From the NCBI GenBank assembly GCA_965248265.1, contig CBDFJF010000002.1:3520001-3584000 (forward strand): 64,000 bases of DNA, read 5' to 3'. Below, in pieces: positions 28,307 to 37,384 of this stretch. The notes under the pieces were generated by a model. The model saw only the letters and a list, made by a program, of their open reading frames with translations. It had not been told where the DNA came from and ran no database searches. A program made the position numbers and the translations under genes. The stretch comes from Candidatus Latescibacterota bacterium (GTDB lineage: Bacteria > Latescibacterota > UBA2968 > UBA8231). Position 1 is the stretch's first letter. Each line of letters begins with the position of its first letter.

Positions 28307-30373
28307 CTATTCGTCGGGATGCTCGCCGTTACCATCCTGGTGCTGGCGGTCTTCCCAGAAGCGCTCCATTTCCTCCTCCATGGCCCGGATCTCGTCTTCC
28401 AGCTGTTCCAGCTGAGCTTGGAAACGGCGTTCGATGGAGCGGCGTGCCCGATCGGAGGCAGGGCCGTGAGGTACGCCCATGTCGTCTATCGCGCGAAAAG
28501 CCTCATGCATCTGTTCCTCCAGGCGCATGCGGCGCTCCTCCAACTCCTGTCTGCGTGCCATGTGGGCTTTCTCAAACTGGTAGCCCTCCTCGTCGAAATG
28601 CTCTCCGTCTTCTGCACGTCGACGCTCCTGCTCGTCCTCCCACTCGTTCATGTGGCCTTCCATCTCTGAGCGCTGACGGTTGGCCCAATACCGCTGCATC
28701 TCGTCATCCAGAGCCCGGAACTCCGCTTCCAGTTCCTCCATCTGCTCCTCATGCCGACGCTCAATCGAGCGCTGCTCCACATCGTACATCGGCCCTGGCA
28801 GGTCTTTCTCATTCAGCGCCTTGAACGCCTCGTGCAACTGCTCCTCCAGACGCATGCGACGTTCATCCAGCTGTTGCCGGCGTGCCATCTGGGCTCTCTC
28901 GAACTCGTAGGCTTCCTCGTCGAAATGCTCACCCTCTTCTTGACGACGGCGATCCTGCTCCTGCTCTCATTCATTATGGTGCCGTTCTTGCTCCGAGCGC
29001 TGCCTGTTGGTCCAGTATTCGTGGGTCTCGTCATCCAGAGCCCGATACTCAGCCTTTAATGCTTCCATCTGTGTTTCGTGCCGGCGCTCGATTGCCTCAC
29101 GCTCGCGATCGTGCTGCGGGCCCGGGATGTCCCTGTCGTCCAGGGCTCGAAAGGCCTCGTGAATCTCCTCCTCGAGGCGCATGCGGCGCTCATCCAGCTG
29201 CTGCCGGCGTGCCATCTGTGCCTTTTCGAACTCATAGGCCTGCTCGTCGAAGTGCTCCCCCTCTTCCTCGCGCCGCCGTTGTTGATCGGCCTCCCATTCT
29301 TGCTGGTGACGCTCCTGCTCCATACGCTGCCGGTTGGCCCAATACTGCTGCATCTCATCATCCAAGGCCCGGAACTGGGCCTGCAGCTCGTCCATCTGAG
29401 CTTCGTGCCGGCGCTCGATCTCCGTGCGCTCGGCGTCAAATTCATCTCCTAAAAGCCTCTGTTCTGCCAGCTCCTTGAACGCTTCGTTCAGCTGCTCTTC
29501 AAACTGAATCCGGCGCCCCTCCAACTCCTGCCGACGGGCCATCTGAGCCCTCTCGAACTCGTGGGCTTCTTCGTCGAAATACTCACCCTCGTCCTCGCGA
29601 CGGCGCTCCTGCTCAGCGTCCCACTCCTGCGCCTGACGATCCATATCGGAGCGCTGCCTGTCAGTCCAATAATGCTGATTGGCTTCATCGAGCTCGCGGA
29701 ACTGTGCCTCCAGTTCGTCACGCTGTTCGCGCTCACGACGTTGCAGCTCCTCCCGTTCCTGCTCATATCGCTCGTCGAGGGCGCGATAGGCCTCATGGAT
29801 CTCCTCATCCAGCGCTGTCCGGCGCTCCTCCAGTTCACGACGGCGCTCCATTTGACCCTTCTCGAACTCATAGGCCTGTTCGTCAAAATGCTCACCTTCT
29901 TCCTGACGGCGACGTTCCTGCTCCTCCTCCCACTCACGCATGTGGCGTTCCGTCTCTGTGCGCTGACGGTTGAGCCAATACTGGTGAGCCTCTTCATCCA
30001 GAGCGTGAAGGGCTGCCTCTATCTCCTCCATTTGCAGATGGTGTTGGCGCTCGATGGCCTGGCTCTCCTGGTCATATATCATGCCAGGGAGCCCTCTCCG
30101 ATCCAAAGCCCGAAAGGCTTCGTGGATCTGATCTTCAAGGAGTACTCGCCGTTCTTCCAGTTCCTGACGCCGAGCCATCTGTGATTTCTCAAATTCGTAG
30201 GCCGCCTCGTCGAAATGCTCTCCTTCCTCTGCACGTCGCCTGTCCTGGTCGCTTTCCCACTCCTGTCTCTCACGGTCTCTGTCCATCGATTGGGCGGACA
30301 GATCCGTCGGCACGGTCATCTGTGTCAGGCTCAGACCGAGCAAGGTTAGCAGTAGTTTCATTCTATAGGTCAT
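28307..30373 (-). CDS. secreted Glu/Arg-rich helical protein of six ~109-aa repeats; in-frame TGA at 28967-28969 (readthrough, nonsense allele or error)
   Basis: ORF-track entries 28967..30457 and 28307..28888 share a frame; AAGGAG SD before ATG 30373; signal peptide MTYRMKLLLTLLGLSLTQMTVPTDLSA; repeat EW..EQ.RRR.EEGEHFDE.AYEFE.AQMARRQ.L. Confidence 0.8.
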
Positions 30374-30811
30374 TTCCGGTCTCCTTTGACGCATTTGGAA
30401 GTACATACCCTCGACGCTAACAGCGGAAGCTGCGCAATATCCATGTGAACGAGGCAACTGGCGCGAGACCTAAGTAATGATTCTGTGCCGGGAATGACAA
30501 TGATTTTCATCACAAAAATATGCAAAAAGCGCATTCTCTGCGGTTTTTTCGACCTGGGAATCATTGGCCGGTGACCAGCTCTCGGAGAATAACGTCTATT
30601 TGTAGACAGAACAGCACTCTTTCTTGAACTTTATGCAACAACTTTTAAGTGACTTAAAAACCGGGACTTACATCTTTTTTTTGAGTGCCATATATTGGTT
30701 CATTACCTTTTCTCGAGCTTTGCCTCAAGTTGAGGAGCATGAAGCCGATAACATTAGATATGAAATAGTATTAACTCTTCACATGTCATAAAGACAAGGA
30801 GGTCTTTATCC

Positions 30812-31066
30812 ATGGCAGGGAGAAAAACGAAGCTGGTTGGCATCGAGGAAGCTGCCAAGCTATTCGGTAAATCCATCCACCAGATGCGCGAGTACAAGTC
30901 AAAAGGACTACTCAAGGTAGCAGATTGTCACGGCAATAAGGATCTATATGACATGGCTGAAGTGATCCTGCTCAAACATCTGATCCACGAAATGCGTGTG
31001 CAGGAGGGGCTTTCGCTCTCGCAGATATCACGTCGACTCGACCAAATGATGGGACGGGCGGCATAG
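30812..31066 (+). CDS. stand-alone MerR-like HTH protein
   Basis: AAGGAGG SD; IEEAAKLFGKS..QMREY..KGLL...LY...EGLSLSQI. Confidence 0.75.
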   Translation: MAGRKTKLVGIEEAAKLFGKSIHQMREYKSKGLLKVADCHGNKDLYDMAEVILLKHLIHEMRVQEGLSLSQISRRLDQMMGRAA

Positions 31067-31202
31067 GGACGATTTCAGCACCCGCCACACTCGCCAGTCA
31101 GCTCTGGAGTGGCGAGAACGCTGTTGAAGGAAAACTGGGCCTGCCTCTCTTTGAGGCGGGCCCTGCTTGGTGTGGTTCAAGCGGATCTTGGCTTGAATGC
31201 TG

Positions 31203-32363
31203 TCAAGATCTGCGTGGTGGCGGTCCGGCTCCGGGAGGCGTTACCGAGCGGTCGCAGGTCTCGTTCACGATACCCATCAACTCGTCGAACAGCTCCCCCA
31301 CCCAGCTTGGAAGCTGACCTACGCGGTCCGAATGCAATGCGGCAGCGAACTGGCGTCTGGCCCGGTTGAGTTCCCCGGCTCCCGGCGGCCCTCCAAGCCC
31401 GAGAAGCTGAGCTGCAGCCAGATTCCTGAGTGGGGTAAGATCGATTCTCAACGGGGTAGCACTCCCGGCCCCACGGCGGGCTTCGGCCGCGGCCGCCCGG
31501 TGTGCCATTTCCCGTAGGCGCTCGTCCAACTTTACGTACTCGGACCGAAGTCGCTGCAGCTCGTTGATCGAATCCCTGCTTTCGCGTTCGACCTTGATTC
31601 GCCTGCTGCGCTCCTGCCTGAGTTTCTCGCCGTTTTCTCGCTCCTCTCGCAGCTGCCGGCGCATCTGCTTCGACTCAGATTCGAAGCTCTTCGCTCGTTG
31701 ATGAGCCCGCGTCGCGCGGTCTTCGGCGACCTCCAGTTCTTCACCTAGGGTCTTGAGGCTCTCCTCCTGACGCCGGGCAACATCCCTCAACCTTTCCAAC
31801 TCCGCTGACGAAGGTGTCCCCTCATCAATAGGATCAATTCCGTCGAGTGCCTGTAGAAATCGATCGAGAAGGTGCTCTCCGCTGCTGATCTCACCATCCG
31901 TGGGAGCCATCAGTGAGCAATCGCGCAACCAGGACCACGTGTTCTTGTATCGCTCGCGCATGATATTCAGCAACGCGGAGCGGCGTGCTGGAGGAGTGCC
32001 AGAATCGAGCAGCCGACGATAGATGCCCATCTTGTCGACGGGACCGCCTATGGTGATCACTTCCGGCGCAATGCCCTCCAGCCGTTGCCACATGCCCCTG
32101 ATGCGTTCGCAGGCGGCGATTTCGAAAGCCAGTGAGCGTTCCCCCAAGCCGTAAACGGAACCGTCATCCAACAGAATTTTGCCGAGCCACTGGTTCAATT
32201 CATCCAGGCCAGTGCCTGAGCGCAGGCGCTTCCCATAGTCCAGGTACCGGCGCAACGATCTCGGCGATTGCGATTCCGTCAGCTCGCGAAGGTCCTGCAG
32301 ATCCTCGTCCGTCAATCGGGGACGGCCTTCTGTGCGCAGGTCTGGATTTTTCCGAGCATCCAA
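31203..32363 (-). CDS. coiled-coil protein with C-terminal J-domain-like module (HSD in place of HPD)
   Basis: ~110-aa coiled coil, then LLGL...ELNRARRQFAAALHSDRV...MGIVNET; start uncertain (TTG 32363). Confidence 0.6.
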   Translation of the reverse strand: MDARKNPDLRTEGRPRLTDEDLQDLRELTESQSPRSLRRYLDYGKRLRSGTGLDELNQWLGKILLDDGSVYGLGERSLAFEIAACERIRGMWQRLEGIAPEVITIGGPVDKMGIYRRLLDSGTPPARRSALLNIMRERYKNTWSWLRDCSLMAPTDGEISSGEHLLDRFLQALDGIDPIDEGTPSSAELERLRDVARRQEESLKTLGEELEVAEDRATRAHQRAKSFESESKQMRRQLREERENGEKLRQERSRRIKVERESRDSINELQRLRSEYVKLDERLREMAHRAAAAEARRGAGSATPLRIDLTPLRNLAAAQLLGLGGPPGAGELNRARRQFAAALHSDRVGQLPSWVGELFDELMGIVNETCDRSVTPPGAGPPPRRS

Positions 32364-32377
32364 GGCGACATCCCGGG

Positions 32378-33870
32378 TCAGGTAGAATCCGCAGTGACAG
32401 ACGTGGACCCGCGTTGCGACTGGGCGGTTCGTGAGTACTCCGGATAGTAGGCTCGAATGAAATCGCGAGCGGTACGGCCACCGATGAGATCGTGACCGTG
32501 CCGCCGGCACCATACATTGAATCTGGCCAGTAACTGCTCCTCGTCCACTTCGATACCAGCGCGCCTGGCGTAGGAAAGCATCATATGCTCGTACTCCGAC
32601 TTCCTCGGCAAATCCAGAAACACCTTGAGGCCGAATCGGTCATCCACTGCCCTAGCTGAATCGAGGCGTTCAAACTGTTGCGAGTCGTAAGAAGCCACCC
32701 CTGAGTCGGACGCTGTCACGCCGTCGACCTGTAAAGGGGGGGCGCTGTGGGATGTCTTCCCTCCCTATCGACGAGGTCTTTGAAGTTGGACGTTGCATAG
32801 AAGATCAGGTTGTCGGGAACACACTCCAGACCACCATCGAGAGCGGTTCCGATCTGTCTAAAGCTGGCATCATGGGGATCCCAGCTCAAGTTGTCGAGTA
32901 CGGCAATGAAATGCTGAGGTAGTCTCCGGACTACCTCGAAGAGCTCATCGAAGCGACCGTAGCAATCTTCCCCCAGTTCCAGACCACGCAAGCCGCGGGC
33001 GTAGTATTTAGTTATCAGACCCCTGATTAGGGACGATTTACCGCATCCGCGCGGACCGAAAATCAGCGTGTTGTGGGCGCGAAAGCCATCGAGAAAGTTC
33101 AGCGTGTTCTCTTCAACGATGTCGATGCGGCTGCTATTCCCTTCGAGCCACTTCGAGTCAAACGCAGCGAAATCGGCGATCGGCCGTAGCATCAGTCCGG
33201 CACCGGTTGCTTTGACGCGCAGCGCTGGATTCCCCTGGAGTCTTCCCGTTCCATGGCTGAATGCCAGATCAGCCAATCGGGAAGTGAGTGACGACCACTG
33301 ATCGGACCGCGAGAACAACGCGATGAGTTCATCGTGGACGACCTCAAGATCCCATGCCGTTCGATCTTCTGCTGTATTCGCCACAGTTCCGTTATCGATA
33401 TCCTGCAACGAAGATGCGCCCAGGGTCTCGAGCCAACCGCCGATGTCACATCGTGCCAGTACCATCAGGCTGTTGAGATCCCGCTCCATCGCGCGCACCG
33501 TTGCTGCGGTCATCTCACCATGCGGACTTGAGGCCGCAAGCACCATGAACGGGTGCTCACTGATGAACAGGCGTCTGAGAATGTACTCCTGCAGATGCCC
33601 AACACCCCGGTGATTGCATGCTATCAGAGGTTGCTCAGCCAGGACCTGCAACAGGAGGTCTTGATATAGGCGCTCGGGAACAGCAGGAACGGATCCATGA
33701 TTCGCTGAGATCAGCTCACTCTGCTGCAGGATGGACTCGAACAGCTTGTCGAGGTTGGAACGAACCGTGGGTGAAAGGACGTCACAGAACGAGGAGAGCA
33801 ATGTCAGGTGGTTGCGAGCGCAATCTGCCTGTTGCTGAATTGATGCTGCGGAGGCTGGAGCGCCTGCCAC
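32378..33870 (-). pseudogene. DUF815-family AAA+ ATPase split by a -1 frameshift at a C7 run
   Basis: 5' ORF has ENTLNF, GPRGCGKSS, LDGGLE, YATSN; 3' ORF has DDRFGL and GGRTARDF; one extra C in the run at 32736-32742 joins them. Confidence 0.72.
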
Positions 33871-33874
33871 CAGG

Positions 33875-35761
33875 TCAGCCCTTGGTTTCTATCCAGGCGC
33901 CCTCGCGATTCCTCTCGATGTGCCTCTTCTGCCCCCTCTTCTTGGCGGGCACCAGTTCCTGGGTCTCCGGGTCGCGCGAAACGATGACAAACAGCGTTGG
34001 ATCATCCGGATCCGGCATGATCTTCTGAGGTATTCGCCGCGTGCTGCCAGCCACCCGCATTTCGACACGGCCGATCTGAACACCCTTCTGGATTTCTTCT
34101 TCTGACAGCTCCATCTCGTCGCCATCACCAGACGCTGGCTTTTCTGTCGCCGCCGCGGTTTCCTTCTTCTCGCGAGCTTCCTTGGTCTGAGCCTGCCGCT
34201 CATCGCGGATGCGATCCTCAATCTGGTCCATCATCACTGTACTGCGTTGCTTCAGTTCGGCGGCCTCGTCGGAGGTCATGTCCGGAAACAATCGCCTCAT
34301 GCGCCGGTTGAGAAAATTCTCTGCCTGGTGACGGGCCTCCTTCATATCCGAAGTGCCCTGATAGAATTCCTCGACGGTTCTGGCAATGCGTAGTAGACGC
34401 AATTCTTTGCGAAAGGGTGTCTTCTTGGCTACGTGGTCGACGAGGGAGATCATACAGCGCATGTCGGCCGCCGGCCTCACTCTCTTCAGTTGATCTGAAG
34501 AGTTGAGGCGTTCTGACATGCCATCAGAATCGAGTTTGTCCAGATCCTCGATGAAGGTCTCGTCGATGATCATGTTGCCAATACGTTCGAGGCCGCGCCC
34601 CATGATTGAGTTGTACGGATGTAGACGCACCGAGATCATGCGAAGCTCCTGGTCTTTGCGCTCCATGATGTCGATACAGCGATCCAACATCTCGACATCT
34701 TCCATAAGCGCCTTCAGCGTCGCGCTCAGATCCGTATCGCCCTGGGCGATCACGGCCTGCTTGTGCTCGATCAGGAAGGTCAGCGCGTCATGGTAGCTGG
34801 GATCAATCTTCTGCATTGATTCAAAGACCTGGAGATAGCGCACGGAATCAGCGACCGCTTCCCTGACCTTGCGTTCCAGCTTGTCCCGGGTCTCGCCCGT
34901 GAGAATGCTGTTGCGGATGCTGGTGGCCTCTTTTTCGTCGATCTCCCCCTTCTTGACGCGCTCATCGATCTCTCGCAATTGCTTTATCTGATCGGCTTCA
35001 GTCTCGGTCACGACACCCTGATCCACGAGGGAGTCCAGATTCTTCGGGACCTTCTCCAGCTCCCGCTCTTCCAGTTCGGAGCGTCGCTTTTCCTGCTGCT
35101 GTACGCGCTGCTTGGCCTCGGCCCCATCCACCTCACCGCTGGCGACCGCCTCATCTACGGCTTCGTCTTCCGGGCTCTTGGCAGCCGGGGTGGGCGCCTC
35201 TTGTGGGGGCTCCGGGATGAGTGGCTCAGAGACAACGGGTTGTATTTCGGCCTGCTGTTCGGGGGCAGCTGGTTTTTCCTCTCGCGGCCCGCTGATCTGA
35301 TCGACCATCTGCTTGACGCCGGAAAGCACGTCGATGTTGTCAGTCGACAGATTCACCTCATCGAGGAAATCCCGTACCTCCTCCCGTTGACTGAACCGAC
35401 GCAACGATTGCGCTCCCTTTTCCTGGATCTTGGCCAGATCCCAGTTCAACCGTTTCACCCCTTCCTCGAAGGCGCTGTTGATCTTGTTCTGAAAGCCCTT
35501 GGCCAGGTAGGTATCGGGACGGGACCGGTTCACGGCCTCCACCATGTGGCGTATCTGTAAACGTGTGGTGTCAGATACCTCTGATGCGGTCACATCGGAG
35601 TAAACTTGCTCGGCGGCCTCGACGAAATCGCCATTGGTCAACAATGGCTCGCCGTCTTTCAGCCTGTCCGTTATGCGCGCCCAGATCTCCTTGCACACAT
35701 TCTGCGGCAAAGGTCCGGCAGCGTCGGACGCGGATAGATTTTGATTTGCGGTTTTTGACAT
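33875..35761 (-). CDS. large helical hypothetical protein with three SHOCT-like motifs
   Basis: Long ORF with host-like codon use; VASGEVDGAEA, VDQGVVTETEA, VKKGEIDEKEA; start ATG 35761 (alternative 35791). Confidence 0.7.
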   Translation of the reverse strand: MSKTANQNLSASDAAGPLPQNVCKEIWARITDRLKDGEPLLTNGDFVEAAEQVYSDVTASEVSDTTRLQIRHMVEAVNRSRPDTYLAKGFQNKINSAFEEGVKRLNWDLAKIQEKGAQSLRRFSQREEVRDFLDEVNLSTDNIDVLSGVKQMVDQISGPREEKPAAPEQQAEIQPVVSEPLIPEPPQEAPTPAAKSPEDEAVDEAVASGEVDGAEAKQRVQQQEKRRSELEERELEKVPKNLDSLVDQGVVTETEADQIKQLREIDERVKKGEIDEKEATSIRNSILTGETRDKLERKVREAVADSVRYLQVFESMQKIDPSYHDALTFLIEHKQAVIAQGDTDLSATLKALMEDVEMLDRCIDIMERKDQELRMISVRLHPYNSIMGRGLERIGNMIIDETFIEDLDKLDSDGMSERLNSSDQLKRVRPAADMRCMISLVDHVAKKTPFRKELRLLRIARTVEEFYQGTSDMKEARHQAENFLNRRMRRLFPDMTSDEAAELKQRSTVMMDQIEDRIRDERQAQTKEAREKKETAAATEKPASGDGDEMELSEEEIQKGVQIGRVEMRVAGSTRRIPQKIMPDPDDPTLFVIVSRDPETQELVPAKKRGQKRHIERNREGAWIETKG

Positions 35762-35864
35762 CAGCGGTAGATGGAAAACAGTATCCCTCAAAAAAGCCCT
35801 GAAATTCCTAGATTGTCAAGTGAAGCGCTATGCCTTAGGTGGTTGTCCTGGAAAGAGTTCTCTA

Positions 35865-37304
35865 CTATTTCCAGGCCCACTTACTGCCCTCTGGAGAGTC
35901 TCTCACTTCGATCCCGGCCGCGGCCAGCTCATCCCGAAGCCTGTCAGCCTCACTCCAGTCTTTAGAGCGTCGTGCCTCGTCCCGCTGTCGCAATAGCTGC
36001 TCCAATTCTGGAGTCAATGCCTGCGGTTCGGTTGCTCCCTCACCATCTCGGCCGTGGAAGAGACCGAGCACCGACTCGATCTCCTCGAGGAACCCCAGGC
36101 CACTTTTGGCTGCAGTGACATCGACGCCCGTTGTCGTGAATCGCCGCTCAGCCTCGTTGACGAACCCGAAGACGGCAGCCATGCCTTTGGGCACGTTGAG
36201 GTCGTCATCCATACCTTCGCGGAAACCTGAGCGAGCCTGAACGATCATCTCCATCCAGGTTTGATTATCCGTCTGGGGGTTCCCCGAGTCCGCCGTGCTG
36301 GACACTGAAAGGCCTTGGCGCAGCCGGTCTCGCAGCCGACGCAAGCGACTCAGGGCACTCTTGCTGGCGGCGAGTGCCGCCGGCGTGAAGTTGAGGGTCG
36401 AACGGTAGTGAGCGGTGACCGCAAAATAGCGGAACGCCTCTATTTCATCGCGATCTCCGATATCGCTTAGGCGCAGGTTGTTACCCTCACTCTTCGACAT
36501 TCCAACCCCATCGATGTTGACGAACTCGTTGTGCATCCAGCGACAGACGAACGGTTTCCCCGTAGCCCCCTGGCTTTGGGCGATCTCGTTCTGGTGATGG
36601 GGAAATATCAGATCCACGCCACCGGTGTGGATGTCGAACACCTGCCCGAGGTATTTCATCGACATGGCAGAGCATTCCAAGTGCCATCCCGGACGGCCAC
36701 GGCCATAGGGAGATTCCCAGCAGACATCGCCATCGGCTTCCGTCCATGCTTTCCACAACACGAAGTCTCTGGCGTCATCCTTGTCGTACTTATCGGTGTC
36801 GACACGCGCTCCGTCCCTCATCCCAGCCATGTCCAGGCGGGCAAATTCTCCGTACTCGGTAAAAGCGGAAATCGAGTAGTACACAGACCCATCGCGCTCA
36901 TAGGCGACACCCCGTTGGATGAGCGTCGAGATCAACTCGATCATCTCGTGGATGTGCCCGCTTGGACGTGGGTAGACATCGGCGGGCTCAAGGTTGAGTG
37001 CCTCGGCGTCCTGGAAGAATGCTTGCGCGTAACGCTCGGTGTACTCCTCCAGGGACATACCCTCCTGCCCCACCCGCTGGACGATGCGGTCATCCACATC
37101 GGTGAGATTCATCACGTGATAAACCTCGTAGCCGCAATAGCGCAGGTAACGCTTGAGCACGTCAGCGAAGAGGAAGCTGCGGAAGTTTCCGATGTGGGCA
37201 TGATCCCAGATGGTTGGACCGCAGGTATAGATCCGCACCCGCCCCTGCTCCAGCGGCTGGAATGCCGTCTTCTCCCGTGTGGCGGTGTCATATAGTTGTA
37301 GCAT
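35865..37304 (-). CDS. cysS: cysteine--tRNA ligase
   Basis: YTCGPT, HIGN, DFVLWK, GRPGWHLECSAM, FPHHQNE, MSKS. Confidence 0.97.
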   Translation of the reverse strand: MLQLYDTATREKTAFQPLEQGRVRIYTCGPTIWDHAHIGNFRSFLFADVLKRYLRYCGYEVYHVMNLTDVDDRIVQRVGQEGMSLEEYTERYAQAFFQDAEALNLEPADVYPRPSGHIHEMIELISTLIQRGVAYERDGSVYYSISAFTEYGEFARLDMAGMRDGARVDTDKYDKDDARDFVLWKAWTEADGDVCWESPYGRGRPGWHLECSAMSMKYLGQVFDIHTGGVDLIFPHHQNEIAQSQGATGKPFVCRWMHNEFVNIDGVGMSKSEGNNLRLSDIGDRDEIEAFRYFAVTAHYRSTLNFTPAALAASKSALSRLRRLRDRLRQGLSVSSTADSGNPQTDNQTWMEMIVQARSGFREGMDDDLNVPKGMAAVFGFVNEAERRFTTTGVDVTAAKSGLGFLEEIESVLGLFHGRDGEGATEPQALTPELEQLLRQRDEARRSKDWSEADRLRDELAAAGIEVRDSPEGSKWAWK

Positions 37305-37384
37305 TGCTGTCCTGAGATCGCTGGTCTAAGTTAGCTGCCAACACATGAAACTCACTTCACAATCGACCTCTTGAGATCGAGTTG

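Noticed and set aside
28967-28969. TGA as selenocysteine or genome-wide Trp recoding
   Set aside because: The homologous residue is Trp, not Cys; no SECIS-like hairpin was recognised; many intact genes here end in TGA (gcvP, clpP, trxA)
36485-36515. CysRS GMSKS in place of KMSKS as a sign of inactivation
   Set aside because: The catalytically important second Lys and all other motifs are intact
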